Shown here in pieces: positions 46,413 through 56,971 of a stretch of DNA of 64,000 nucleotides. Numbering within the stretch: the first letter of the stretch is position 1; each line of letters starts with the position of its first letter. The notes under the pieces are model-generated. The model was given only the letters and a program-made list of their open reading frames with translations, was not told the origin of the DNA and searched no databases. This DNA is from an uncultured delta proteobacterium (GTDB taxonomy: Bacteria; Myxococcota; Kuafuiibacteriia; Kuafuiibacteriales; Kuafuiibacteriaceae): positions 128,001 to 192,000 of the forward strand of contig CAWDML010000008.1 in assembly GCA_963803435.1 (NCBI GenBank), read 5' to 3'. Position numbers and translations under genes: made by a program.

Positions 46413-47384
46413 GTGGCGTGGTGCGACGCTTGCCAGCGTGGAACAGGGATGGAAGGGGTCGAGGCCCTCCTGGCGGAGCGCGGTCCCCTGCCGGGTCGGT
46501 TCGGCGGCTATCAGCTGCGGGGCCGCCTCGGTCGCGGAGGAATGGCCGTCGTCCTGGACGCTCGCCACGAGGACGGCCGGCCGGTGGCGCTCAAGCTCAT
46601 GCGCGTCCGTTCCACGCCGGCCGGCGCGCGGCTCGCCGGAAGGTTCCTGCGGGAGGCCAAGCTGCTCCACGACCTCGACGATGCCGGCATCGTCCGACTC
46701 TACGACTACGGCCAGGTGGACGACGTGCTGTTCATCGCCCTCGAGCGCATCGAAGGGTCGACGCTGCACGCGATCCGCTACACGTCGCCCCTCGATTGCG
46801 ATGCGTTGCTGTATCTCGGCGAGCGGCTGGCGCTGACGCTGCACCGGCTCCACGGCGCCGGCATCGTCCACCGCGACGTGAAGCCGGCCAACGTCCTCGT
46901 CGATCGAGACGGCCGCGCTGTCCTGATCGACTTCGGCATCGCGACCTCGACGAGCACGGAGGCGATCACGCGCGCGCACGACATCCTCGGTACCACCGGC
47001 TACATCGCGCCCGAGCTTCTCGAGTCGCGGCCCCCGACGCCCCTCGCGGATCAATACTCGCTCGGGCGGGTCCTGTTCACGATGGCGGCGGGTGAGGTGG
47101 ATCGTCCCACACAGGGCGACCGCGTCGAGCGGCTGGTGGCGGGGCTCCAGATCGACTGGGCCAGCTTTCCACGCGGACCTCGGTGGATGACGCTCCAGGC
47201 GATCATCCAGCGGATGGTCGAGATCGAGCCCGAGCGGCGCTTCCCGGATCTCCTCAACATCTCGCGGACGATGGCCTCGCTGCGCTCCTCCCTGGTCGAC
47301 CCCGAGGCCACGCTGGGCGCGCTCTCCGAGATCGCCGCGGCTGCCGGCGCGCCCGCGTCGACCCAGGTCTCCACGCTGCATTGA
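46413..47384 (+). CDS. Cytoplasmic Ser/Thr protein kinase
   Basis: GRGGMAVV, VALK, HRDVKPAN, DFG and YIAPE. No TM helix. The start could be 46449. Confidence 0.9.
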   Translation: MAWCDACQRGTGMEGVEALLAERGPLPGRFGGYQLRGRLGRGGMAVVLDARHEDGRPVALKLMRVRSTPAGARLAGRFLREAKLLHDLDDAGIVRLYDYGQVDDVLFIALERIEGSTLHAIRYTSPLDCDALLYLGERLALTLHRLHGAGIVHRDVKPANVLVDRDGRAVLIDFGIATSTSTEAITRAHDILGTTGYIAPELLESRPPTPLADQYSLGRVLFTMAAGEVDRPTQGDRVERLVAGLQIDWASFPRGPRWMTLQAIIQRMVEIEPERRFPDLLNISRTMASLRSSLVDPEATLGALSEIAAAAGAPASTQVSTLH

Positions 47385-47464
47385 TAGGCAGCCATTCGTG
47401 TTCCTCGACCTCATCTTCGGCTTCCCGTGCCCGGTTCCCTGGTCATGCATTACTATCGGCAGTC

Positions 47465-48718
47465 GTGCGGCTTCTGGTCCTGGGGCTGCTCCTCGCGAGC
47501 TGCGGGGGCGATCGGCTGCTCCTCGATCGTCCCTGGGATTCGGATCGGACCGTCGTGCTGGTCGCGGTGGACGCCTCGGGCCGCGCGCTGGGAGCGCCCT
47601 CGATCGCGAGCGGCGCCCACATCGACCTCACGGTCTCGGCCGAGCCGCCGTTCTCGCTGTACGCCTACGTGTTCGACCCCGAGGTTCTCGCCGCCGATTG
47701 TCCGGTGGGCTTCGAGGGTGAGGGACTCTCGCTCCCCGGCCGCCGGGACGTCTTTGTCGCGGCCGTGACCGAGCGTGGCGGCGCTGCGACGTTCGCGCCT
47801 GCCGAGTCGCCGGGGATCGACGTGAAGACGACGTGCGCGCCTCCGGTCTCATGTCCTGCGCTCTCGGTCGAGGACCTTCGGCTCGACGAGCTCGCAGCAG
47901 GCGGCGGGGTCGTCGCCGTGCTGGCGCTTTCGCCGTCGAAGGTGCTGGTGGCCGGCGCCCAGCTGCCGAGCCTCCTCGAGCTCGACGGAGAGGCGCGGCG
48001 GCTGCTCGACACCGGCGCGCTTCACGGTCGAATGCGGACCCTCGCGCTCCAGGGCGACACGGTCTACGGCGCGACCGAGGAGGAGATCTTCCACTTCGAT
48101 CTGGCCACCGAGACCTTCCACGTGGAGCCTTCCCAGCAGGGCGGCCTCGAGCTGGTGCCGGGCGCCGCCCCGCTGGTCTACGGCGACTTCGGCATCCGGG
48201 AGGTGTTCACGGTCGATACGGGGACCACGGCGATCGAACGGATTGACGTCCCGGTGCGCCAGGTGCGGATGAACGCGAGCGACTATGGTCTCCTCGTCGA
48301 CAACGACAGCAATGTCTACATCTTCGGCGGCGTGAGCTGGACCGAGGCCCAGCCGGGCGCCGGGCTCCCGGTGGAGAGCTTCCGCCGTCTCGATGGGGAC
48401 GCGAGCTCGTATCTCACGGTGGGCCGGCGCGAGAACGCCTTCCTCTACAAGGACGGCGCCTGGCGACAGCTCCCGTCCGCGTTCAACCGAGGGATCGGGC
48501 TCAACGACGTGGTGGCGCTCGGGAACGATCGTTTCATCGTGGCAGGTGAGTTCGGCTCGGCGGCGCTGTATCGGGACGGGGAGTGGTGCACCTACGATCT
48601 CGGGACCCACGACAGCCTGAACCGGGTGGTGGCCGCGCCCGATCACAGCACGTTCTTCGCAGGGACCGTCTTGGGCGCCGACGGCTCCCCTCACCTCCTG
48701 CGCTTCACCCTCGAGTGA
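47465..48718 (+). CDS. Hypothetical lipoprotein with probable beta-propeller C-terminus
   Basis: GTG start, lipobox LASC, and repeated short beta blades (VAGEFG..LYRDGEW). Confidence 0.7.
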   Translation: MRLLVLGLLLASCGGDRLLLDRPWDSDRTVVLVAVDASGRALGAPSIASGAHIDLTVSAEPPFSLYAYVFDPEVLAADCPVGFEGEGLSLPGRRDVFVAAVTERGGAATFAPAESPGIDVKTTCAPPVSCPALSVEDLRLDELAAGGGVVAVLALSPSKVLVAGAQLPSLLELDGEARRLLDTGALHGRMRTLALQGDTVYGATEEEIFHFDLATETFHVEPSQQGGLELVPGAAPLVYGDFGIREVFTVDTGTTAIERIDVPVRQVRMNASDYGLLVDNDSNVYIFGGVSWTEAQPGAGLPVESFRRLDGDASSYLTVGRRENAFLYKDGAWRQLPSAFNRGIGLNDVVALGNDRFIVAGEFGSAALYRDGEWCTYDLGTHDSLNRVVAAPDHSTFFAGTVLGADGSPHLLRFTLE

Positions 48719-48764
48719 CACCTCTTGCCAAAGCCGTGTCCGATCAGCGAGGGCGCAGTGACAC

Positions 48765-49250
48765 GTGTCCGATCTCGACGCTCATCCGCTGGTCGCGACG
48801 CTGACGGTGCTGCGGGAAGGCAACCAGCTCCCCAGCGCCGTCGGCACCAATCGTCCCTCGGGAAAGCCGAGCACCCGCTCCGTCGAGACGATGATGGCGA
48901 TCGCCGCTGCGACCTTCTCCAGCCAGCGCGGACCTCCCGCAGCCGATCGGATCGCGTGGCTTCGCCGCGAGTATGTGGATCTGATGTCGCGGGCCTCGGG
49001 CCGCGGGCGCTTCTACTTCGGGGCGGGTGCGCTGGTCGTGTCGATCGGGGCGCCGATCATGATCGGCAGGTTGCGGCCGTTCTCCCGACTCACGCACGAG
49101 GAGCGGGTCGCATCGCTCCAGCGGTTCGAGTCCCACGCGCTCGGCTCCATCCTGGTCGCGCTCCGCGCCATCCTCTGCATGCTCTGGTACGAGCACCCCG
49201 AGGTGGCCCGCGAGGTTGGCCTCACCTGGGCCGAGAGGCCGGTCCGATGA
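48765..49250 (+). CDS. Small partner of the GMC oxidoreductase (gluconate dehydrogenase subunit 3-like)
   Basis: RPFSRLTHEER and LCMLWYEHPEV..EVG. ATGA-coupled to the GMC gene. Confidence 0.65.
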   Translation: MSDLDAHPLVATLTVLREGNQLPSAVGTNRPSGKPSTRSVETMMAIAAATFSSQRGPPAADRIAWLRREYVDLMSRASGRGRFYFGAGALVVSIGAPIMIGRLRPFSRLTHEERVASLQRFESHALGSILVALRAILCMLWYEHPEVAREVGLTWAERPVR

Positions 49251-50773
49251 AGGTGACGCACGGCCGCGATCACGTGGGTGATCTCGCCCTGGAGGCGGAC
49301 GTGGTGGTGGTGGGCTCGGGCGCCGGAGGTGCGGTGGTGGCCCACGCGCTGGCGGAGGCGGGCCTCGATGTGGTGGTCCTCGAGGAGGGCGGTCACGTGC
49401 GTCCGGACGAGCACGCGCGGATGCGCCCCAGCGAGTCGCTCCGCCACCTGTGGCGCGAAGCCGGGATGACGATGGCCATCGGCCTCGGCGGGTCTCCGAT
49501 GATCAACGTGATGATGGGGCGATGTGTCGGCGGCTCCTCGGTGCTGACGGGCGGGGTGTGCTTCCGGATCCCCGAGACCGTGCTCGCCGACTGGCAGCGC
49601 GACTACGGGCTCGACGACTTCACCGCGAAGAACCTGGAGCCGTACTACGGGGCCGTCGAGAAGACGGTCAACGTCGAGGAGGTCCCGGCGACGATGCGTT
49701 CACGCTCGACGCAGCTCTTCGGCGAGGGCGCCAGGAAGCTCGGCTACGAGCTCCACAGCATGCGCCGCAACACCAAGGGCTGCCAGGGTTGGTCGACCTG
49801 CAACTTCGGCTGCCCCGAGCAGGCGAAGATGAGCGTCGACATCAGCTATCTGCCGAGGGCTGTCGAGATGGGCGCGCGCATCTACTCCGACTGCCTGGTG
49901 GAGAAGGTCCGCATCAAGGACGATCGCGCGGTCGGCGTCCGCGGCCGCGTGCTCAACGGGGAGAACGGGAAGCCGCAGGGCAGACTCGAGGTCCGGGCGC
50001 GGAGGGTGGTGCTCGCCTGCAGCGCGCTCTACACGCCGGTGGTGCTCAAGCGGAGCGGGATCGGATCGCGATCGGGACAGGTCGGCCGCAACCTGACGCT
50101 CCATCCATCGTTCCGGATCATGGCCCGCTTCGACGAGCGCGTGGACGGCTGGAACGGCTCGCTGCAGAGCGCCTTCTCATCGCACTACGAGCCCGAGGGC
50201 ATCCAGCTCAACAGCGTCTTCGTCCCCGGCGGGATCCTGGCCGCTGCCCAGCCCGGCGTGGGCCCCGCGCATCTGGCGCGCGCCCGCCAGATCCCGCACC
50301 TCGCGATCTTCGGCGCCAACCTCCACGACGCCGGCGGCGGTGTGGTGCACCGGTGGATCGGCCGCGAGCCGATCGTCACCTACCGGATGACCGAGAAGGA
50401 CAAGGCCGCGATCCCGCGCGCGCTCGAGATTGCCGGCGAGACCTTCCTGGCCGCCGGCGCCAAGGAGCTCTTCCTTCCGGTGCTCGGCCTGGAGGGCCTC
50501 GACGCCGACGCGTTCCGCGCCCTCGATCTGGCGCGCCTCCCGCCCAGCAAGCTCGAGTGCGCCTCGCAGCATCCGCTCGGAACCTGCCGGATGGGCAGCT
50601 CCCCCGACACCTCCGTGGTCGATCCGAACGGTGAGACCTGGGACGTGAAGGAGCTGTTCATCACCGATGGCAGCACCGCGCCCACCAGCCTGGGCGTGAA
50701 TCCCCAGCTGACGATCATGACGCTGGCCACGCGCTTCGCCTGGAAGATGCGCGAGCGGCCGCTCGTGGGTTGA
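49247..50773 (+). CDS. GMC-family FAD oxidoreductase
   Basis: DVVVVGSGAGG, GRCVGGSS, CNFGCP, VGRNLTLHP, HPLGTCRMG and GVNPQLTIM. Confidence 0.93.
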   Translation: MKVTHGRDHVGDLALEADVVVVGSGAGGAVVAHALAEAGLDVVVLEEGGHVRPDEHARMRPSESLRHLWREAGMTMAIGLGGSPMINVMMGRCVGGSSVLTGGVCFRIPETVLADWQRDYGLDDFTAKNLEPYYGAVEKTVNVEEVPATMRSRSTQLFGEGARKLGYELHSMRRNTKGCQGWSTCNFGCPEQAKMSVDISYLPRAVEMGARIYSDCLVEKVRIKDDRAVGVRGRVLNGENGKPQGRLEVRARRVVLACSALYTPVVLKRSGIGSRSGQVGRNLTLHPSFRIMARFDERVDGWNGSLQSAFSSHYEPEGIQLNSVFVPGGILAAAQPGVGPAHLARARQIPHLAIFGANLHDAGGGVVHRWIGREPIVTYRMTEKDKAAIPRALEIAGETFLAAGAKELFLPVLGLEGLDADAFRALDLARLPPSKLECASQHPLGTCRMGSSPDTSVVDPNGETWDVKELFITDGSTAPTSLGVNPQLTIMTLATRFAWKMRERPLVG

Positions 50774-50791
50774 GCGGTCGCGGGCCCGCGC

Positions 50792-51109
50792 TCACGGCTT
50801 GGCCAGCGGGTCGGTGATCACGCAGGCTCGGCCGCCGGTCCGGTCGAGACACGCCTCGCCGGGCCGGCAGTCCTCCATCCGATCGCACGACGGCAGGCAC
50901 ACCGTCCGGCTGCTGGTGGCGACGCAGAGTCCGTCGCTGCAGAGATCGCCCTCCACCGAGCAGCTGGCGACGCAGATCCCGGTCACGGCGCAGTAACCGC
51001 GATCGACGTGCTGGCAGTCCTTGTGCTCTTCGCACGAATCGCCGAGCCCGCTCCTGCATCCGAGCGGGCCGAGAAGGAGTAACAACATCAACAGACGAAG
51101 GGTCGACAT
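50792..51109 (-). CDS. Small Cys-rich lipoprotein
   Basis: Lipobox PLGC and a dense Cys pattern of myxobacterial disulfide-rich type. Confidence 0.75.
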   Translation of the reverse strand: MSTLRLLMLLLLLGPLGCRSGLGDSCEEHKDCQHVDRGYCAVTGICVASCSVEGDLCSDGLCVATSSRTVCLPSCDRMEDCRPGEACLDRTGGRACVITDPLAKP

Positions 51110-51112
51110 GGC

Positions 51113-51487
51113 TCAGGGCCTCGGCGCGTACGGATCGAACGAGCACGATCCGGTGAGCGCGCAGCTACGCTGACAGTGGTTTTCGATGCAGGAGACCGCC
51201 TCGGGGCAGACCGTGGCCGTGCAGACGCAGGCGTTCGCGTCGCAGGTCCAGTCCGGTGAGGAAGTGTCGGACGACGCGCCGCAGTCCTCGGCGGTCTCAC
51301 AGCTTGGCCGGCAGTCGTCGTCTGTGACGCACGCCTTCGTGCAGACTCCGCCCACCGAGCAGTAGTAGTCCGTTCCCCGGCAGTCGCTGGAGCCGGGCGT
51401 ACAGGGAGCGCCGGGGTCGGCCGGGCAGCCTCCGGGGCTGCAGGCGACGAAGGCACCGAGGGCCAAGATCGTGATGAATCGACGCAC
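51113..51487 (-). CDS. Small Cys-rich lipoprotein
   Basis: Lipobox FVAC and many Cys with CxxDxDC motifs. Confidence 0.75.
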   Translation of the reverse strand: MRRFITILALGAFVACSPGGCPADPGAPCTPGSSDCRGTDYYCSVGGVCTKACVTDDDCRPSCETAEDCGASSDTSSPDWTCDANACVCTATVCPEAVSCIENHCQRSCALTGSCSFDPYAPRP

Positions 51488-51533
51488 TCCGGGCTCTACA
51501 ACCCGGCGGCGGAGGGTGGTGATGTGGCGGCGG

Positions 51534-53102
51534 TTACTCGAGCGGGACGCAGCGGCTCCGGACGTCCCCCAGGGCCTCCCGCCAGACCGCGATCAGGTTT
51601 CCGCCTGCGACCGCGAGCTGCGGATCGGCGACCGGGAGCGTGTCGGGCGGGCTCAACCGTTCCCACGCTTGCTCGACCCCGAGGGTTCCAGCGTTGAGCC
51701 GGGCCACGTAGAGCTCGGCCTGGTAGTGGCTGGGCTCGGTCATCGCACCTGCGATGAAGATGTGCCGGTCGGCCTCCAGGATCGTCGGATGGAAGAAGCG
51801 GTTCACGGGGAGTGTCGCGCTCCCGGTGGAGGCGAGCGCGCCGTCCGTCGAGACGCGGATGAGCTGGACTGCGTCGGAGTCGGTCTGCAGGAGAAGTAGG
51901 ATCCCGGAGGACGAAACCTGCGCCGTGAGGATGGGCTCGGAGAGCGCCGCGGTCCCGATCAGGGAGATCGGGATCTCCGCGACGACCGCGTCGTCGTCGA
52001 GCTCGAGCGTGTCGCCGGCGATCGTGATGCGATGGACGCGGACGGTGTTCTCGGCGTGGTCGAGATCGAGGGCGCCGCTGATCAGATAGGGCTGATCATC
52101 TTTGGCCACCAGCTGGCCGTGTGCCGACGGGACCGACGTGCTGCGAACGATCTGTCCGCTGGCCGGATCGATCTGGTAGACGTGGAGCGTCCGATCGGTG
52201 CGGGGGTTGTCTTCGCGGACGGTCAGCGCCAGCCACAGGCTGCCATCTGCATTCACCGCGGAGAGCCGGATGATCGAGCTCTGCGACCAGGGGATCTCGA
52301 CCGAGGCCTCCGCCGCTGCGGTGCCGTTGGGCAGCGCGATCCGGGAGAGGTTGATCCGGTTGTCCTCGAGCCAGGTGAGCAGAAAGCCTCCGGAGGCCGG
52401 CAGGATCTCGAGGGAGGTGACGGGCCCGGCCGTGGCGATCTGGCTGGTCTCTCTCTGGAGCTTGGCGGTGGTGGCGTCCAGCGGCGCGACGTGGATGGCG
52501 CCCTCCTCGGCCCATACCAGCTCGACCGGGCTGTCCGAGGGGTGAGTCAGCACGGGGAGCCCGTTCGCCAGCCAGCGCGTGACGCTGCATCCGCCCGCGC
52601 CGACGAAGTCCGGATTGGCGTGCTCGAACAATGCGTGATCGTCGGCGCGGAACCAGTGCGGTCCGCCCTGCGCGCGCGCGGTCATCACGGCGCTCTCGTC
52701 CTTCGAGTGTTTGGGAATGCCGAGGATGTGGCCGAGCTCGTGCCGGACGGTCTCGAAGAGTAGCGTCATCTCCTCGGCCGCGTGCGGGCAGACTCGGATC
52801 AGCGGCGGGTCGAAGGAGGCGCGACCGTACGTGCCTTGAAGGTGCTCGTTGTAGCAAGCGTCCTCGTCGAAGGTGAGCCGAACCGGCTGCATCACTTCAC
52901 CGTTGCCGGGGTCGCGTCGGACGTGAGTTCCGAACTCGAGGTTCCATGACTCGACTGCGTTCGTGACCGCGTCCTGCTGAGTCGCGGTCCACTCCTCGTC
53001 GAGGACGACGGTCACGGAGTTTGCTGGGTCGAGTGGTCCTCCCCCGCCGCAAGCGGAGCTGAGAGAGACGACGGCCAGGCCGACCAGCGCGCGAGTTCCC
53101 AT
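51534..53102 (-). CDS. Matrixin-like (metzincin) metalloprotease lipoprotein with C-terminal beta domain
   Basis: Lipobox SSAC, HELGHILGIPKH and Met-turn SAVM. Confidence 0.8.
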   Translation of the reverse strand: MGTRALVGLAVVSLSSACGGGGPLDPANSVTVVLDEEWTATQQDAVTNAVESWNLEFGTHVRRDPGNGEVMQPVRLTFDEDACYNEHLQGTYGRASFDPPLIRVCPHAAEEMTLLFETVRHELGHILGIPKHSKDESAVMTARAQGGPHWFRADDHALFEHANPDFVGAGGCSVTRWLANGLPVLTHPSDSPVELVWAEEGAIHVAPLDATTAKLQRETSQIATAGPVTSLEILPASGGFLLTWLEDNRINLSRIALPNGTAAAEASVEIPWSQSSIIRLSAVNADGSLWLALTVREDNPRTDRTLHVYQIDPASGQIVRSTSVPSAHGQLVAKDDQPYLISGALDLDHAENTVRVHRITIAGDTLELDDDAVVAEIPISLIGTAALSEPILTAQVSSSGILLLLQTDSDAVQLIRVSTDGALASTGSATLPVNRFFHPTILEADRHIFIAGAMTEPSHYQAELYVARLNAGTLGVEQAWERLSPPDTLPVADPQLAVAGGNLIAVWREALGDVRSRCVPLE

Positions 53103-53120
53103 CAATCATATTGTGACCGG

Positions 53121-56009
53121 TCATCCGGTCGCCGGGGAGGGGAGGGCAAGAATGTCGAGCAAGGTCGTGCTCGCTTTCCTCACCTCTGCGACTTGATCCT
53201 CTGCGACCGCCGCGGCGAGTCGGCGCAACTCTTCGTCAGGACCCTCTCTTTTGGCCGCCAGCAGCCGCGCGAGCACGAGGCACGCGGTCTCACGCACCAC
53301 AGGATCGTGCGATCCGAGGTGCTTCGTCACCTTGCTCCGCAGCGCGTCGATCTGCTGCTCCCCCAGGAGGTGCAGCGTACAGGCGACTACCCAGGGGTTG
53401 GGATCGTCGAGGAGCAGATCGATCCATTGTTCACAGGACTTGCGGGCGATCTTGAACAGCTCGTTGCCGTGCTCGATCTTGCGGGTGATCGCGTGATCCT
53501 CGAGCAGCGGCAGGAGCAGCCGCGACTCGTCCTTTTCGAGGATGTTGTCGACGACCTCGACCGCATTGGCACGGACGGTTTTGTTCTCGGAGTCCAGATT
53601 GGCGTACACCAGCTGGATGGTGCGGGCCGGGTGGCGGATCTCGAGCAACCGAAAAGCCACTGCGACCCGATGCTTGTGACGGACCAGGAGCGCCTCATAG
53701 AGGAGGTCGTCCGCGTCCAACCCCAGATCCTCGATGGTGGCGAGCGCCTCGTAGGCGCGCTGGATCTCGCGCCGGAGCGCCGCGCTGAGCCGCGCCTCAT
53801 CGAGGATAATCCTGGGATTTCGCTCGCGGATCCGGGCGCAGGCCTTGGCCGCCTGCGCCCGCAGCTGCGGATCGAGCGTCTCGAGCGTCTCGATCAGGCG
53901 ATCGATCGCGCTCTGGCCACCCACCTTCGACAGGATCTTCGGGAGGGCGCGGCGGATTCCGAGCTCTTCCGCCTCGTTGGCCAGGACCCGCAGCAACGTC
54001 CGCTCGACCTCCGGGCCGTACGCGATCAGCGCAGCCGTGGCGGCCTGAACCGTCGAGGGATCACCGAGCTTGTAGATCAGTGAGGGGATCAGCTCGTGGC
54101 TCCGCATCTCGCCCGCCGCCTCGAGCGCCGCCACGCGAACCCGGACGTCCGGATCCTGCAGCAGCTCGAGCACGGGCTGGAAGAAGCTCTTGACGTTGAT
54201 CTCGCCCAGGACGCGCGCACCCTGGAGCCGCTCGTCCGCGTGCGCGCTGGTGAGGAAGGACTTGAGCGCCTCGGCCGCGGTCAGGATGCCGTCGAGGCCG
54301 CCGTACTTGATCAGCGCCGCCACCGCCGCGCCTCGTACCTCCGAGGTCGGGTCGGACAGATACGGCGCCGCGGCGCGGATCGCGCGCTCGCGGCCCACCG
54401 CGCAGAAGGCCCGGATGGCGGCGGCACGCACCTCGGGCTCCCCATCCCCCATCATCTCCTGGACCCTGGGCGCCCGCTCGAGTCGCCCCGATCGGCCGAT
54501 CAGCTCGAGCGCGTTGATGCGGATCTCCGTCGAAGGGTGGGAGAGCAGCTTCGAGAGCTCGGGGAAGAAGTCGGCGTCGACCGACGGGAGGATCTCCATC
54601 GCGTGGAGGACGTCGGCGTCGCGGCTGGAGCCGAGCTTGTCCTTGAGGACCGCGATCGTGCCCTCGTCGGCGATCAGGGCGAAGCCGCTGTCGAGGTCGA
54701 GCCGCCGGGAGCGCAGCGTGTCGATCAGCGACCGGAGGTACTCCTTGCGGATCCCGACCACCAGCGCCACCCAGCCGGCGAGCAGCGCCAGGTCGAGGTA
54801 GGCGAGGCGGAGCGCGAAGCCCTCAGAGGTCACGTAGCGCCCGAGGACGTACAGCAAGATGCCGGAGACGCCGATGCTGGCGGGCTTGAGGATGCCGTCG
54901 ATGAAGGTCTTGGCTCGCCCGCGGTGCTGCGCGGGCACCGGGACGTAGAGCAGCTGCATGGTGGCGTCGTTGATGGTGTAGCGAAAGATGTTCTCCGCGC
55001 CCTTCGCGACGGTGGCCGCCACCAGCGCGGCGATCAAAGGGACGGCCAGCATCGAGCCGGCGCCCACGGCCATCGCGCACGGAAGCACCAGGAGTGACAC
55101 CACTACACCCTTCCGCTCCAGCAGCCGGCCGGTGACGAGGAACTGGATGATGCTCGCGATGATGCCCGTGAAGCCGTAGAAGTAGCCGAAGTAAGCGGCC
55201 ATCTGTCCTTCGCCGGTGAGCGCGCCGCGGGCGATGATCTTGAACTGGTAGTCGATCATCGTCACGGTGAGGAACGTCAGCACCACGATGCCGGCGATGA
55301 TCCTGAGGTGCTTGCTGTGGAAGAGGGCGCTGGTCTCGGCGCGCATGCCGATGCGACCCTTCTTCGGCTTCTGCACCGCCAGCTCGAGATCCGCCGCCGA
55401 GTGGACCGCGATGGCGCGGACCGCCAGGGTGCAGGAGAAGAACAGCCCGGCGATCACCAGGAGCAGGTTCTCCGAGCCGATCACGGGGGCGATGCTGCCG
55501 ATGCTGAAGCCGCAGATGACGTTGGCGAGGACGCCGCCGGCGCCGATCACCCCGAATAGCCGCTTGGCTTGACGGCCGCTGAAGATGTCGTTGGCGAGCG
55601 TCCAGAACTGGATGATCGCGATCTGCCCGATGATGTCGACGACGACGTAGAGCGCGAAGTAGAGCCAGGTCCCGGCGAGGTTGAAGCGGATCAGCGCCCA
55701 GATCAGCGTGAACGTGATCGTGGCGATGCTCAGCGTGGTGAGGATGAGTCGATCGCGCCGGTATCTGTCGGCGACGCGGCTGTAGAAGTACGCGGTGCCG
55801 CCCACGGCCAGGGCGACGGCGATGTACATCAGCGAGAGGTTCTCGATGGGGACGCGGTGGAGGAAGAGGGTGTCGCGGACGGTGCGGCCGACGATGAACG
55901 TGGAGACCACGCCCATCAGGAAGAGGAACATCAGGCCGACCTGACGTCCCTCGCCGGGTCGAATCCGGAAGGCGGATTCGAGCACGGCGTCCAGGCGCTC
56001 GGAGGCCAT
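53121..56009 (-). CDS. Npt1/Npt2 (TLC/MFS-like) nucleotide-transporter family protein with HEAT repeats
   Basis: RDTLFL, QFWTLANDIF..RQAKRLFG, IDYQF and LLYVPVP...RAK, followed by multiple DPxVR HEAT repeats. Confidence 0.85.
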   Translation of the reverse strand: MASERLDAVLESAFRIRPGEGRQVGLMFLFLMGVVSTFIVGRTVRDTLFLHRVPIENLSLMYIAVALAVGGTAYFYSRVADRYRRDRLILTTLSIATITFTLIWALIRFNLAGTWLYFALYVVVDIIGQIAIIQFWTLANDIFSGRQAKRLFGVIGAGGVLANVICGFSIGSIAPVIGSENLLLVIAGLFFSCTLAVRAIAVHSAADLELAVQKPKKGRIGMRAETSALFHSKHLRIIAGIVVLTFLTVTMIDYQFKIIARGALTGEGQMAAYFGYFYGFTGIIASIIQFLVTGRLLERKGVVVSLLVLPCAMAVGAGSMLAVPLIAALVAATVAKGAENIFRYTINDATMQLLYVPVPAQHRGRAKTFIDGILKPASIGVSGILLYVLGRYVTSEGFALRLAYLDLALLAGWVALVVGIRKEYLRSLIDTLRSRRLDLDSGFALIADEGTIAVLKDKLGSSRDADVLHAMEILPSVDADFFPELSKLLSHPSTEIRINALELIGRSGRLERAPRVQEMMGDGEPEVRAAAIRAFCAVGRERAIRAAAPYLSDPTSEVRGAAVAALIKYGGLDGILTAAEALKSFLTSAHADERLQGARVLGEINVKSFFQPVLELLQDPDVRVRVAALEAAGEMRSHELIPSLIYKLGDPSTVQAATAALIAYGPEVERTLLRVLANEAEELGIRRALPKILSKVGGQSAIDRLIETLETLDPQLRAQAAKACARIRERNPRIILDEARLSAALRREIQRAYEALATIEDLGLDADDLLYEALLVRHKHRVAVAFRLLEIRHPARTIQLVYANLDSENKTVRANAVEVVDNILEKDESRLLLPLLEDHAITRKIEHGNELFKIARKSCEQWIDLLLDDPNPWVVACTLHLLGEQQIDALRSKVTKHLGSHDPVVRETACLVLARLLAAKREGPDEELRRLAAAVAEDQVAEVRKASTTLLDILALPSPATG

Positions 56010-56024
56010 CGGGAGGGGATTGTA

Positions 56025-56960
56025 TTACAGCTTGGTCTCGGCGACCGTCTTGGCCACCGAAGCGCGGCTCTTCTCCATCATGGCGCGCTCGTCGGCGGTC
56101 AGCTCGAAGGTGAGCACCTTCTCGACACCGCCGGCGCCCACGATGCAGGGGACGCCGAAGTACATGCCGTCGATGCCGAACTCGCCCTCGAGCCAGCAGC
56201 AGCAGGGGAGCACGCGCCGCTGGTCTTTGAGGTACGCCTCCGCCATCTCGATGGCGGCCGCCGCCGGGGCGAAGTAGGCCGACCCGGTCTTGTACAGCCC
56301 GACCAGCTCGGCGCCGCCCTTCCGGGTCCGATCGACGATCGCGTCGAGACGGTCCTTCGGGATCAGCTCGCTCACCGGGACGCCGCCGACCGTGGTGAGC
56401 CGGGTGATCGGCACCATGTCGTCGCCGTGGCCGCCGAGCACGAAGGTGACGATGTCCTTCATCGAAACGCCGAGCTCGGCGGCGATGAACGACTTGAAGC
56501 GCGACGAGTCGAGGATGCCGGACATGCCGACGACCTTCTGCTTCGAGCCGCCGGTGATCTTCTTGAGCGCGTAGACCATCGCGTCGAGCGGGTTCGCGAT
56601 GTTGATCATGAACGCGTCCGGGCAGACGCGCTTCAGCTCGGTCGCCACGTTGGTCATGATCTTGAGGTTCGTGTCGAGCAGGTCCTCCCGCGACATGCCC
56701 GGCTTCCTCGGGATGCCGGCGGTGATCACGATGACGTCCGCGCCGGCGAGGTCGTCGTAGTTCGACGAGCCGGTCAGGATGGAGTCGAAGCGCTCGATGG
56801 TCGACATCTGCTGCATGTCGAGCGCCTTGCCCTTGGCCAGGCCCTCCGCCTGCGGGATGTCGAGGAGCACCACGTCGCCGAGCTCCTTCTGCGCGGCGAG
56901 GAGCGCCAGGTTGCCGCCGATCTGTCCGGCACCGACGAGCCCGATCTTCCTTCTCTTCAT
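56025..56960 (-). CDS. mdh: Malate dehydrogenase (LDH-like)
   Basis: IGLVGAGQIG, ITAGIPRKPGMSREDLL, NPLDAM, LDSSRF, VLGGHGD and GSAYFAP. Confidence 0.96.
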   Translation of the reverse strand: MKRRKIGLVGAGQIGGNLALLAAQKELGDVVLLDIPQAEGLAKGKALDMQQMSTIERFDSILTGSSNYDDLAGADVIVITAGIPRKPGMSREDLLDTNLKIMTNVATELKRVCPDAFMINIANPLDAMVYALKKITGGSKQKVVGMSGILDSSRFKSFIAAELGVSMKDIVTFVLGGHGDDMVPITRLTTVGGVPVSELIPKDRLDAIVDRTRKGGAELVGLYKTGSAYFAPAAAAIEMAEAYLKDQRRVLPCCCWLEGEFGIDGMYFGVPCIVGAGGVEKVLTFELTADERAMMEKSRASVAKTVAETKL

Positions 56961-56971
56961 TTGATCCCCTC